From Candidatus Accumulibacter adiacens (GTDB lineage: Bacteria; Pseudomonadota; Gammaproteobacteria; Burkholderiales; Rhodocyclaceae), in contig LBIU01000016.1 of the NCBI GenBank assembly GCA_000987445.1, positions 1 through 43,002 on the forward strand: DNA of 43,002 nt, read 5' to 3'. Position numbers and translations under genes: made by a program. Positions 1 through 9,507 of this stretch are shown in pieces. The first letter of the stretch is position 1. Every line of letters begins with the position of its first letter. A model generated the notes under the pieces. The model was not told where the DNA came from and made no database searches. It saw only the letters and a list, made by a program, of their open reading frames with translations.

Positions 1-94
1 AGCCTGATGACCATCCCGCCCGCCCGCCCAATCCGGCCAGCCCGAACCCAACGAGACGGGGACCGGCGCTGCGCTTCACTCGGAGTAAAACGGC

Positions 95-1495
95 ATGAGC
101 ACAGACGAACTCGCCCTACTGAGACGACAGCTCGAACGGGAGCGCGCAGCCCGCAAGCAGGCCGAAGCGTTGCTCGACGAGAAGCTAAGCGAACTGACGA
201 TTGCCAAGCAACGATTCAGCGAGGGAAAGCTGGCTGAAACAGCGATCGCCGAGTCGCGAGAACTACTCCTCAAGATCATCGATACGGTGCCCGCTCGCGT
301 CTTCTGGAAGGACCCCGATTTACGCTTTCTTGGTTGCAACACGGCCTTCGCCAAGGACGCCGGGATGTCGAGTCGTGACGACATGATCGGCAAGGACGAC
401 TATCAGATGGTGTGGGCCGAACAGGCCGACTTCTATCGCGCGGACGACCGGGAAGTCATGGCCTCGGGAACACCCCGACTGCACTTTGAGGAACAGCAAA
501 CCACGGCCAGCGGTGAGACAGTCTGGTTGCGGACGTCCAAGATCCCCCTGGTCAACGACGCCAATGAAACCTTCGGTGTGCTGGGGGTGTACGAGGACAT
601 CACCGAATACCGCCGAATCGAAGCCGATAATCGGGTCCATGTCGCCGAGCTGACGGCCCTCAATGGCATGCTCATCGAAGCGCAGAACCAGATGCTCCGA
701 TCGGTAAAAATGGCTTCCGTCGGTCGGCTGGCCGCCGGCCTGGCGCACGAGATTGACAACCCCTTTGCATTCATCAGCTCCAACCTGGAAGCGCTCAAGG
801 GGCAGGTGACGGATCTGTTGAGCGTCCTGGAAGCTTACGAGAAGGCTGAGCCGGCACTCGCCGGACATGCGGATTTCCTGACTGCCATCGAGCAGGCGAA
901 ATCGACGATGAATTTTTCCTTCGTGCAGCGAGACATCCTCAACCTGATCAGCGAATCCCTCGACGGGGTGCAACGCGCCAAGAAAATCGTCGCCACCCTC
1001 AAGGACTTCTCGCGAGTGGATACCGCCGAGTGGCAGCTTGCGAACCTTGAGAAAGGTCTGGAGAGCACACTCAACATCGTCTGGAGCGAAATCAAGTACA
1101 AGGCCAAAATCAAGAAGGACTATGCCGGCATCCCCGAAATTGAGTGCCTCGCCCCACAACTCAATCAGGTTTTCCTCAACCTCGTGGTCAATGCGGCGCA
1201 AGCCATCGACGAACGCGGTGTCATCATCCTGCGTACCGGCTTCGACGAGCATGAAGTCTGGGTTGAAGTCGGCGATACCGGCAAGGGCATCGAGTCCGAA
1301 GACCTAGAGAGGATTTTTGAGCCCTTCTTCACCACCAAGCCGACGGGCAAAGGAACCGGCCTCGGCCTGTCGCTGGCCAACAACATTGTCCGCCGCCATG
1401 GCGGGCGGCTCGAGGCGCGCAGCAAACCTGGCAAGGGAAGCGTGTTTCGCATCACCTTGCCGCGCCACCGATTGATGAACAAGGACGAGTCCTGA
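95..1495 (+). CDS. Cytoplasmic PAS-domain sensor histidine kinase (PAS_4 + HisKA + HATPase_c)
   Basis: PAS/PAC (VFWKD...FLGCNTAF...WLRTSKIPL), H-box LAHEIDNP, N-box QVFLNLVVNA, G-boxes DTGKGI, FEPFFTTK, GTGLGL; GGAG SD upstream; no TM helix. Confidence 0.92.
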   Translation: MSTDELALLRRQLERERAARKQAEALLDEKLSELTIAKQRFSEGKLAETAIAESRELLLKIIDTVPARVFWKDPDLRFLGCNTAFAKDAGMSSRDDMIGKDDYQMVWAEQADFYRADDREVMASGTPRLHFEEQQTTASGETVWLRTSKIPLVNDANETFGVLGVYEDITEYRRIEADNRVHVAELTALNGMLIEAQNQMLRSVKMASVGRLAAGLAHEIDNPFAFISSNLEALKGQVTDLLSVLEAYEKAEPALAGHADFLTAIEQAKSTMNFSFVQRDILNLISESLDGVQRAKKIVATLKDFSRVDTAEWQLANLEKGLESTLNIVWSEIKYKAKIKKDYAGIPEIECLAPQLNQVFLNLVVNAAQAIDERGVIILRTGFDEHEVWVEVGDTGKGIESEDLERIFEPFFTTKPTGKGTGLGLSLANNIVRRHGGRLEARSKPGKGSVFRITLPRHRLMNKDES

Positions 1496-1556
1496 AGCTG
1501 CCGCCCACAAGCGCTGCGCACGCGCTCCCCTTTCTGCCCTCGCCTCCACCGGCCTG

Positions 1557-2357
1557 ATGGACACCAGCCTGATCGCCACCTACGTTTTTCTCGCCATCGC
1601 GGCTTTCAGCGCCGGTGCGATAAACTCGGTCGCCGGTGGCGGCACCTTCCTGTCGTTTCCGGCGCTGCTCGCTGCCGGCGTCCCGCCGGTGACGGCCAAT
1701 GCCAGCAACGCGGTTGCCCTCTGGCCAGGCAGCCTGGCCGCCGCGTGGGCCTTCCGTAGCGAACTGATGCGCTTTCGCAAAGCGCTGCCGCTGCTGACAC
1801 TGCTTGCCTTCCTTGGTGGCGTCGCCGGTGGCCTCTTGCTGCTCGCCACGTCGAATGCTGCCTTCGCGAACCTGATTCCCTGGCTGCTACTCATGGCCAC
1901 GGTGCTGTTCGCGTTCAGCACCCACCTCTCGGCCCTCGTCATCCGCCTGCGCAAACCCGCCGCTGAAGCCGACGCTGGCCCGGGCAAGCGGCAAGTCGGC
2001 GGCGGCGGTTTACTGTGTCAACTCGTGGTCTCGATATACGGTGGCTTCTTTGGCGCCGGCATGGGTATCCTGATGCTCGCCGCGTTGGCGATCCAGGGCT
2101 TCGACGACGTGCACGAGATCAATGCACTAAAGAACTGGCTCTCGGCAGTGATCTACTCCGTTGCGGTGGTCACCTTCGTCCTTGCCGACGCTGTTTCCTG
2201 GCCTCACACCACGGTGATGGTGGTCACCGGCACCCTTGGCGGCTACTTGGGTGGCCGCATCGCACGCCGCATTCCCGCCCGCTGGTTGCGCCGTTCCATT
2301 GTCGCGCTCGGTAGCCTGCTGACCCTGGCGTATTTCTATAAGAGCGGGCTGAATTGA
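1557..2357 (+). CDS. Sulfite exporter TauE/SafE family membrane protein
   Basis: Hydrophobic ~8 TM; motifs AGAINSVAGGGTFLSFPAL and YGGFFGAGMG. Confidence 0.9.
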   Translation: MDTSLIATYVFLAIAAFSAGAINSVAGGGTFLSFPALLAAGVPPVTANASNAVALWPGSLAAAWAFRSELMRFRKALPLLTLLAFLGGVAGGLLLLATSNAAFANLIPWLLLMATVLFAFSTHLSALVIRLRKPAAEADAGPGKRQVGGGGLLCQLVVSIYGGFFGAGMGILMLAALAIQGFDDVHEINALKNWLSAVIYSVAVVTFVLADAVSWPHTTVMVVTGTLGGYLGGRIARRIPARWLRRSIVALGSLLTLAYFYKSGLN

Positions 2358-2416
2358 TGTGCAAGTCGCGCAGGCGACTCACCACGCGCCCGCCCCTCGC
2401 TTGACCGGACCCACAC

Positions 2417-3007
2417 ATGGCCGATCGCCTTGGCGTCAAAGCCGTCGCCAGACTCCCGATCCTTGACTACGTTCAGGTGCGCGATCGGCTATGCACCGGC
2501 GACATCGTCTTTTGCTCAGGTACCTACGTCTTCTCGAAGGCCATCCGGTGGTTCACCCGGTCCGTCTGGAGCCATGTCGGGATCATCTATCGCGACGACA
2601 ACCTGCAACGCATCTTCGTTCTCGAGAGTGAAACCGCCATCGGCGTTCGCCTCGTTCCCCTGTCCAAGTATCTGCGCGATTACCATGGCCGCAACAAGCC
2701 CTACAAAGGACGTATCGTGATCACCCGGGTGACCCCCGCGCCGGATGACGAGAAGCTGAAGACGGCAATCAGCTTCGGCATCGACGAACTCACCAGACCC
2801 TACGACAACTGGGAGATCTGCCGCATCGCGATGCGGATTCTCTTCAGGCGAGGTCGCAAGCACCGAGATCGCAAGTACATCTGCTCGGAACTGGTCTGCG
2901 AGGCATTTCGCAAGGCAGAAGTCTCTTTCAAGTTCCACCGCAACTCGATCAGCCCAGACGATATCTGGAACGATGAGCGCGTGCTGATGCAGTTCCGTAT
3001 CATGTGA
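2417..3007 (+). CDS. Permuted papain-like amidase, YaeF/YiiX (C92, permuted NlpC/P60) family
   Basis: GDIVF, WSHVGII (His) ahead of PYD and YICSELV (Cys): permuted order of catalytic residues. Confidence 0.85.
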   Translation: MADRLGVKAVARLPILDYVQVRDRLCTGDIVFCSGTYVFSKAIRWFTRSVWSHVGIIYRDDNLQRIFVLESETAIGVRLVPLSKYLRDYHGRNKPYKGRIVITRVTPAPDDEKLKTAISFGIDELTRPYDNWEICRIAMRILFRRGRKHRDRKYICSELVCEAFRKAEVSFKFHRNSISPDDIWNDERVLMQFRIM

Positions 3008-3061
3008 CGGTGCTCGTTCCACTCACCCTTCCCCCTGACCCCATTCTCCCGAAAGAAAGTC

Positions 3062-3517
3062 ATGATCGACCAGACCGTCGCCGACTTCAGCCTGCCGGCT
3101 ACCGGCGGCCAGACCTTTACGCTGTCTGCCTGCCAGGGCAGCACCGTCGTACTCTACTTCTACCCCAAGGACAGCACTCCGGGGTGCACCAGCGAGGCGC
3201 AGCAATTCCGCGAGCTTCACCCGTTGTTCGTCGCGGCCGGCGCCATCGTCGCCGGCGTCTCGCGTGACAGTATTCGCTCGCACGAGCGCTTCAAGGCCAA
3301 GCAAGAGTTGCCGTTCGCCCTGATTTCCGACGTGCACGAATTGCTGTGCATGCGCTTCTCGGTGATCAAGATGAAATCGATGTACGGAAAACAGGGCCGC
3401 GGTATCGAACGCAGCACTTTTGTCATCGATCGCAATGGCGTGCTGCGGCACGAATGGCGCGGTCTGAAAGTCGCCGGCCATGCCCAGCAGGTGCTGGATT
3501 TCGTCGCTCAGCTCTGA
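3062..3517 (+). CDS. bcp: Peroxiredoxin, BCP/PrxQ family
   Basis: LYFYPKDSTPGCTSE peroxidatic motif, GIERSTFVID. Confidence 0.92.
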   Translation: MIDQTVADFSLPATGGQTFTLSACQGSTVVLYFYPKDSTPGCTSEAQQFRELHPLFVAAGAIVAGVSRDSIRSHERFKAKQELPFALISDVHELLCMRFSVIKMKSMYGKQGRGIERSTFVIDRNGVLRHEWRGLKVAGHAQQVLDFVAQL

Positions 3518-3560
3518 TCACCCACCCCGGCCGAAAAACCCTCATCCGAGAGATCTGCGC

Positions 3561-4982
3561 ATGCACCGCCCACCTGCCGCCGCCCGCGACGCCGCTACCA
3601 AGCCGAGCAAACTCTTCGTCCTCGACACCAATGTCCTGATGCACGACCCGACCAGTGTCTACCGTTTCGAGGAACACGACGTCTTCCTGCCGATCATGAC
3701 CCTGGAAGAACTGGACAACCATAAGAAGGGGATGTCTGAGATCGCGCGCAACGCCCGCCAGGTGACCAGAACGCTCGATGAAATCGTCAGCCGCATGGAC
3801 GACGCCATCGAGCAGGGCATACAGCTCGACGAAGCTTCGCGCGGACTGGCCAGCGGCCGTCTCTTCCTGCAGACAGAGGCGATCGCCAGCGAGCTCCCGG
3901 CAGGACTGCCGACGGCCAAAGCCGACAACCAGATTCTAGCGGTCCTCATCCACCTGCAACGCCAGCACCCGGAGCGTTCGGCGATCCTCGTCTCCAAAGA
4001 CATCAACATGCGTATCAAGGCCCGCACGCTCGGGCTGCAAGCGCAGGATTACTTCAACGACAAGGTTCTCGAAGACACCGACCTCCTGTACACCGGGATG
4101 CGCGAACTGGGGCCTGATTTTTGGGACCAGCATGCTCAGGGGATGGAGTCCTGGCAGCAGGACGGTCGCACGCTGTACCGCCTCATGGGCCCGCTTTGCG
4201 CGCAATTTCTGGTCAACCAGTTCCTCATCCAGGAAGGACCCAGCCCGCTGCATGCGATCGTCCGCAAGGCATCGGGAACGAGCGCCGAGATCGAGACCCT
4301 GCGCGACCACACGCACACCAGAAACAGTGTCTGGGGAATCACCGCGCGCAACCGCGAGCAGAATTTTGCGCTCAATCTGCTGATGAATCCGGACATCGAC
4401 TTTGTCACTCTGCTCGGCCAGGCCGGTACCGGCAAGACACTGCTCACTCTGGCCGCCGGACTCACGCAGGTGCTCGACGCCAGACGCTACAGCGAAATCA
4501 TCATGACCCGGGTCACCGTGCCGGTCGGCGAGGATATCGGCTTCTTGCCAGGCACCGAAGAAGAGAAGATGGGGCCGTGGATGGGCGCCCTCGAAGACAA
4601 CCTCGAGGTCCTCAACAAGAGCGATGAGGATGCTGGCGACTGGGGACGCGCAGCCACCCACGATCTGATTCGCAACCGCATCAAGATCAAGTCGCTCAAT
4701 TTCATGCGCGGGCGAACCTTCCTCAACAAGTATCTGATCATCGACGAAGCGCAGAATCTGACTCCCAAGCAGATGAAAACGCTGATTACCCGCGCCGGCC
4801 CGGCGACCAAGGTCGTCTGCCTCGGCAACATCGCCCAGATCGATACGCCCTATCTCACCGAAGGCAGCTCCGGCCTGGCCTACGTCGTCGATCGCTTCAA
4901 GGGCTGGGCACACGCCGGGCATATCACCTTGCAACGTGGCGAACGCTCCCGCCTCGCGGACTACGCGGCCGAGGTGCTATAA
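3561..4982 (+). CDS. PIN-PhoH family ATPase (PhoH2/YlaK-like)
   Basis: PIN VLDTNVL...SKDINMR; Walker A GQAGTGKT; GFLPG, RGRT, DEAQN, RS motifs; start taken as ATG 3561 (track start overlaps bcp). Confidence 0.92.
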   Translation: MHRPPAAARDAATKPSKLFVLDTNVLMHDPTSVYRFEEHDVFLPIMTLEELDNHKKGMSEIARNARQVTRTLDEIVSRMDDAIEQGIQLDEASRGLASGRLFLQTEAIASELPAGLPTAKADNQILAVLIHLQRQHPERSAILVSKDINMRIKARTLGLQAQDYFNDKVLEDTDLLYTGMRELGPDFWDQHAQGMESWQQDGRTLYRLMGPLCAQFLVNQFLIQEGPSPLHAIVRKASGTSAEIETLRDHTHTRNSVWGITARNREQNFALNLLMNPDIDFVTLLGQAGTGKTLLTLAAGLTQVLDARRYSEIIMTRVTVPVGEDIGFLPGTEEEKMGPWMGALEDNLEVLNKSDEDAGDWGRAATHDLIRNRIKIKSLNFMRGRTFLNKYLIIDEAQNLTPKQMKTLITRAGPATKVVCLGNIAQIDTPYLTEGSSGLAYVVDRFKGWAHAGHITLQRGERSRLADYAAEVL

Positions 4983-4994
4983 TTTTTTGACGTT

Positions 4995-5023
4995 ACTGGG
5001 CCGTGTCTAAGACACGGCCCGGT
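4995..5023. terminator. Stem-loop after phoH
   Basis: actgggccgtgtc-taa-gacacggcccggt inverted repeat 12 nt after stop; weak U-tract. Confidence 0.5.
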
Positions 5024-5091
5024 CGTTTGTAGCCACCGATCCGTGCTGCCTGCTCCGTGCGACCAGGATTCCGCGCTTACCGGAGAGTCGA

Positions 5092-6315
5092 TTGAAACGA
5101 CGCAATTTCCTTGCTGCCTCGGCACTTCTTTCGCTACTGGCACCAGCGTCGGCATTTGCCACCAACAAGAAGAAACCAGGCGCCAAACCAAAGCGCAGAA
5201 GCAGCACCAAGAAAAGCAGCCGGCAAAATGCTTCATCAGCCGTCGCCGAGAACCCGGAAACGCCCGCCGCGGCCAACTCTCCGCAGGCGGAAGCCGAGCA
5301 ACGCGACGCCACCAGCCTGCCCGATGAGGCAGCGGCGCCCTGGCGAATCTACGACGTCACGTCGACCATCGCGCTCAAGGAGGTCAGCGGCAAGCTGCGC
5401 CTGTGGTTACCGCTGGCGCTGCACGACGACACCCCCTGGCAGCGTTCGCTGGGCCAGAGCTGGCATGGCAATTTCACGAACGCCGGCATCTATCGCGACC
5501 CGGCGGAAATGATGGTGGTGTTCTACGCCGACTGGAACGAGGGCATCGCTGCCCCACAGCTGCAAATCACTAGTCAAGTCGCCAAACGGGACCGCCATTT
5601 CGACATCACCCGCCGCGGCCACGCCGCCGAGCGCAGCGAAGTACTGCGCCAGAACCTGCACCCCAGCAACCTGGTCCCGACCGATGGACTCGTGCGCCAA
5701 ACCGCCGAACGCGCCATCGGTCGCATCAAGGATCCACTCGCACGCGGCAAGGCGATTTACGACTGGGTGCTGGAAAACACCGCCTACGACCCGTCGCCGC
5801 TCGGTGTCGGTCGAGGTGATGTCGAAGCCATGCTCGACAGCGGCCAGTTGCGCGGAAGCAGCGCCGATATCGCGCTGCTCTTTGTCGGCCTCTGTCGAGC
5901 CATCGGCATTCCTGCGCGTCCGCTTTTCGGGCAGCGTATCGACAGCTCACGTTTGTTCGCCGGACTCGGCGCGACCGGCAACCTTAGCACGCAGCAGCAG
6001 TGCCGCGCCGAATTCTATACGCCGGGCTACGGCTGGATTCCGGTCAATCCGGCCGATGTTCGCAAGGCAATCCACGACGAGCACCTGAGCAGCCACGACC
6101 CGAAACTGGTTGTCCTGAGCAAACTGCTGTTTGGCTTCTGGGAGATGAACTGGCTTGCCTTCAACAGCGCTCTCGATGTCAGGCTGCGCGGCGGCCACGG
6201 CAAGACGCTGCCTTTTCTGGTCTTACCGGAAGCGGAAACGCCTGCCGGGCGCTTCAGCAGCCTGGATACCCAACGCTTCAGCTACACGGTCTATGCCAGC
6301 CGCGTCGAGAACTGA
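5092..6315 (+). CDS. Tat-exported transglutaminase-like domain protein with degenerate catalytic triad
   Basis: Twin-arginine signal MKRRNFL..AFA (TTG start); family motifs AIYDWV, LFVGLCRAIGIPAR, CRAEFY, GYGWIPV.PAD, LFGFWEMNW. Confidence 0.85.
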   Translation: MKRRNFLAASALLSLLAPASAFATNKKKPGAKPKRRSSTKKSSRQNASSAVAENPETPAAANSPQAEAEQRDATSLPDEAAAPWRIYDVTSTIALKEVSGKLRLWLPLALHDDTPWQRSLGQSWHGNFTNAGIYRDPAEMMVVFYADWNEGIAAPQLQITSQVAKRDRHFDITRRGHAAERSEVLRQNLHPSNLVPTDGLVRQTAERAIGRIKDPLARGKAIYDWVLENTAYDPSPLGVGRGDVEAMLDSGQLRGSSADIALLFVGLCRAIGIPARPLFGQRIDSSRLFAGLGATGNLSTQQQCRAEFYTPGYGWIPVNPADVRKAIHDEHLSSHDPKLVVLSKLLFGFWEMNWLAFNSALDVRLRGGHGKTLPFLVLPEAETPAGRFSSLDTQRFSYTVYASRVEN

Positions 6316-6339
6316 AACGGCTGAGCGCTCGCCCCGCGG

Positions 6340-7806
6340 TCAGTAAGAACCCGCGCTGGCAAAATTCTCGAAACGCGTGTATTCACCCAGAAAGGTGAGG
6401 CGAACAGTACCGATCGGACCGTTGCGCTGCTTGCCGATGATGATTTCGGCAACGCCCTTCTCAGCCGTATCCTGGTTGTAGACCTCATCGCGATAAATGA
6501 ACATGATCACATCGGCATCCTGTTCGATGGCGCCCGATTCACGCAGGTCAGACATCACCGGGCGCTTGTTCGGACGTTGCTCGAGCGAGCGGTTGAGCTG
6601 GGAGAGGGCCATCAGGGGAACGTTCAGCTCCTTCGCCAGGCTCTTCAGCGAGCGCGAAATCTCCGAGATCTCGGTCGCCCGGTTCTCGCCATGGCCGGTC
6701 GCCGACATCAGCTGCAGATAGTCGATGATGATCAAGCCGAGTGGACCGCACTGGCGGCGGAGACGACGCGCGCGGGCCCGCAGATCGATCGGGTTGAGCG
6801 CCGGCGTCTCGTCGATATAGATCGGCGCTTCGTGCATCTTGCCCAGGGCAAATGACAGGCGTGACCACTCGTCGTCGTTGAGCCGACCGGTACGTACGCG
6901 ATGCGCGTCAAGCCGCCCCACTGAAGAGAGCATGCGCATGGCGAGTTGCGTGCCGCCCATCTCCATCGAAAAAACGGCTACCGGGAGGCCGACCTCGATA
7001 GCGACATGCTCGGCGATGTTGAGGGCAAACGAAGTTTTGCCCATCGACGGCCGTCCGGCGACGATCAGCAGATCACCGCCTTGCAGACCCGAAGTCTTGC
7101 TGTCGAGATCATGATAACCCGTGGGAACGCCAGTGATATCCGACGGATTGTCGCGGTCATGCAGTTCCTGAATGCGCTCGACGACCTGTGTCAGCAGCGG
7201 GTTGATGTGCTGGAAGCCGGTCTGGTGGCGCAAGCCGCCCTCGGCGATGGCGAAGACTTTTCTCTCGGCCTCATCGAGCAGCGTCTTGGGATCGCGACCG
7301 AGCGGGTTGAGCGCGCTACCGGCGATCTCGTCACCGGCAGTCACCAGTTGCCGCAGAATCGCTCGCTCACGAACGATTTCCGCGTAACGCCGGATATTCG
7401 CCGCCGATGGCGTATTGGCGGCGAGCTCACCGAGGTAGGCAAGCCCGCCGGTATCCTTGCCCTCGCCTGCCAGGTCGAGGCTTTCGGCCACGGTCACCGC
7501 GTCGGCCGGCTTGCCACGCTCCAGCAACTTGCAGATCTGGCGGTAGATGCGCTTGTGTTCGTCGCGATAGAAGTCGCCTTCGGCCATCAGGTCGGCGATC
7601 TTGTCGAAAGCGGCATTGTCGAGCAGCAGGCCACCAAGAACCGATTGCTCGGCCTCTATCGAGTGCGGAGGCACCCGCAGGGCGGACAGCGCCGGGTCAA
7701 TCTGCGGACCACGGCCACCGTCTCGCTGCGCACCGCGACTGCTCGCGCGTGGCGTGCGTTCAGCGTTTTCCGAAGGCGATGAATCTGAATCTAAGGGCTT
7801 GGCCAT
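6340..7806 (-). CDS. dnaB: Replicative DNA helicase
   Basis: PPHSIEAEQSVLGGLL, GRPSMGKT, IIIDYLQLM, DLRESGAIEQDAD, KQRNGP. Confidence 0.98.
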   Translation of the reverse strand: MAKPLDSDSSPSENAERTPRASSRGAQRDGGRGPQIDPALSALRVPPHSIEAEQSVLGGLLLDNAAFDKIADLMAEGDFYRDEHKRIYRQICKLLERGKPADAVTVAESLDLAGEGKDTGGLAYLGELAANTPSAANIRRYAEIVRERAILRQLVTAGDEIAGSALNPLGRDPKTLLDEAERKVFAIAEGGLRHQTGFQHINPLLTQVVERIQELHDRDNPSDITGVPTGYHDLDSKTSGLQGGDLLIVAGRPSMGKTSFALNIAEHVAIEVGLPVAVFSMEMGGTQLAMRMLSSVGRLDAHRVRTGRLNDDEWSRLSFALGKMHEAPIYIDETPALNPIDLRARARRLRRQCGPLGLIIIDYLQLMSATGHGENRATEISEISRSLKSLAKELNVPLMALSQLNRSLEQRPNKRPVMSDLRESGAIEQDADVIMFIYRDEVYNQDTAEKGVAEIIIGKQRNGPIGTVRLTFLGEYTRFENFASAGSY

Positions 7807-7882
7807 GACTGATCAGTGAGAAAAACGGGACGGGCGAGGCAGCGAGTTTAGCTCGCCGATGAGGTTTTTCCAGCGCCCGAAC

Positions 7883-7918
7883 GCGAAAAAGCCTTGCCAC
7901 GGGGCAAGGCTTTTTCGC
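7883..7918 (-). terminator. Intrinsic (potentially bidirectional) terminator after rplI
   Basis: gcgaaaaagccttgcc-acgg-ggcaaggctttttcgc with A/T tracts on both sides. Confidence 0.8.
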
Positions 7919-7949
7919 TGGCGCCAGCACAAAAAGCGCCGGATAAGAC

Positions 7950-8408
7950 TCAGACCTTGAATTGTTCGGCAACGACAGAAACCGTGATCGTCGCCAGAAC
8001 GTCGCTATGCAGCGCGACCTGCAACTCGGTATCGCCAATCATCTTCAGCGGACCCGCGTTCATGCGCACGTCGGACTTCTCGACCTCGAACCCGAGTACA
8101 CGCAGCCCATCGGCGATATCGAAGTTGCTCACCGAGCCAAAGAGACGGCCATCGACGCCGGCCTTACGTTCGATGCGCACCACCACGCCCGCGAACTTCT
8201 CGGCATATGCCTGCGCAGCCGCCAGCTTCTCGGCCGCCGCGCTCTCGAGTTCGGCGCGCTTGGCTTCGAATTCCTTCAGCGCCGCTGGCGTCGCACGCCT
8301 GGCTTTACCCTTTGGTATCAGGAAGTTGCGGGCATAACCATTCTTGACACTCGCGAGATCACCGAGACCGCCGAGGTTGCCGACCTTTTCCATAAGAATT
8401 ACTTGCAT
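7950..8408 (-). CDS. rplI: 50S ribosomal protein L9
   Basis: [23 protein letters not shown]; GRLFGSV. Confidence 0.98.
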   Translation of the reverse strand: MQVILMEKVGNLGGLGDLASVKNGYARNFLIPKGKARRATPAALKEFEAKRAELESAAAEKLAAAQAYAEKFAGVVVRIERKAGVDGRLFGSVSNFDIADGLRVLGFEVEKSDVRMNAGPLKMIGDTELQVALHSDVLATITVSVVAEQFKV

Positions 8409-8422
8409 TTCCTTGTCCTCGC

Positions 8423-8698
8423 TTACTGGTGATTGTCTGTGTACGGCAGCAAGGCCAGGAAGCGGGCACGCTTGATGGCCACCGACAGCATCCGCTGGTA
8501 GCCGGCCTTGGTACCGGTCAGACGAGCCGGCATGATCTTGCCATTCTCGGCGACATACTCCTTGAACAGGTCGACATCCTTGTAGTCGATCTCTTCCATC
8601 TTCTCGGCGGTGAAGCGACAGAACTTGCGCCGCTTGAACAGGCCACCACCACGCTTCTTGACATTCTTGTCATCCTTCTTCTTGAAGAATCTTCCCAT
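8423..8698 (-). CDS. rpsR: 30S ribosomal protein S18
   Basis: [30 protein letters not shown]; ATG 8698 preceded by AAGGA. Confidence 0.97.
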   Translation of the reverse strand: MGRFFKKKDDKNVKKRGGGLFKRRKFCRFTAEKMEEIDYKDVDLFKEYVAENGKIMPARLTGTKAGYQRMLSVAIKRARFLALLPYTDNHQ

Positions 8699-8999
8699 TT
8701 TGCTTTCCTTCGACAAATTCGATCGTAGTTACATGCAGTCTCGGCTGCTTGCTGTTGCGGCTCCTGGCGGCAAGAAAGCCGGTCAGATGGAGCGCAGCGC
8801 CAAGCGTTGCCGCTTGCAGCCACTGTGCCGTCGCGCCCAGGGCAATGGCCTGGATTTCGCATTCGACACGGCGTGGGCTACCCGCTTCAAGCTGTTCGGA
8901 TTGATGCCCGATCAGGCATTCCACTACCGGCACACCGGCCGGTGTAAACCGTAGCGCCTTGCGCTCGACCAGGACACCAACAAGCTCGACGCGGTTCAG
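8670..8999 (-). CDS. priB: Primosomal replication protein N (probable CTG start)
   Basis: Frame reads [28 protein letters not shown]...HQSEQLEAG...GFLA; located between rpsF and rpsR. Confidence 0.9.
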   Translation of the reverse strand: MNRVELVGVLVERKALRFTPAGVPVVECLIGHQSEQLEAGSPRRVECEIQAIALGATAQWLQAATLGAALHLTGFLAARSRNSKQPRLHVTTIEFVEGKQNGKILQEEG

Positions 9000-9013
9000 C
9001 AGCGCCTCGACAA

Positions 9014-9415
9014 TCAGGCCGCCGGTTCAGTGGCCGCTTGGTCAGCGGCAGCTTCAGCCGGTGCAGGCTCGCGCGCTTCCAGCAGCGACTTGGACTTCTC
9101 GTCCTTCATCATCGGCGACGGCCCGCTGACCGCACGCTTGGTCTTGATCGTCAGGTGACGAAGAACGGCGTCGGTGAACTTGAAACCATGCTCGAGCTCG
9201 GTCAACGTGGCGTCATCGCACTCGATGTTCAACAGCAGGTAATGCGCCTTGTGCAGCTTCTGGATCGGAAAAGCCAGCTGACGGCGACCCCAGTCTTCGA
9301 GACGATGAACCTGCCCGGCACGCGCCGTGATCACAGCCTTGTACCGCTCGACCATCGCCGGCACCTGTTCACTCTGGTCCGGATGGATGATCAGGACGAT
9401 TTCGTAATGACGCAT
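9014..9415 (-). CDS. rpsF: 30S ribosomal protein S6
   Basis: [28 protein letters not shown]; AAGGAG SD. Confidence 0.98.
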   Translation of the reverse strand: MRHYEIVLIIHPDQSEQVPAMVERYKAVITARAGQVHRLEDWGRRQLAFPIQKLHKAHYLLLNIECDDATLTELEHGFKFTDAVLRHLTIKTKRAVSGPSPMMKDEKSKSLLEAREPAPAEAAADQAATEPAA

Positions 9416-9420
9416 GAACA

Positions 9421-9465
9421 CTCCTTGTGGTTGAAGCCCCCCGTCATGCAAACGGTGGAGCAAGG
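9421..9465 (-). promoter_or_regulatory. rpsF leader (S6:S18-binding cis-regulatory RNA)
   Basis: Minus strand CCUUG-CUCCACCGU..ACGGGGGG-CUUCAA-CCA-CAAGGAG: CCUUG pairs with the SD-containing CAAGG, with CCR in the internal loop. Confidence 0.75.
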
Positions 9466-9478
9466 TGGAAAACCCAGC

Positions 9479-9507
9479 ATTATAGCTGCCTGGCAGCGTT
9501 CTCGGAA
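9479..9507 (-). promoter_or_regulatory. Sigma70 promoter of the rpsF operon
   Basis: TTCCGA-N17-TATAAT just upstream of the leader. Confidence 0.65.

Noticed and set aside
3561-4982. PIN-PhoH as a toxin-antitoxin module
   Set aside because: No small antitoxin ORF upstream; the bcp-phoH arrangement looks housekeeping
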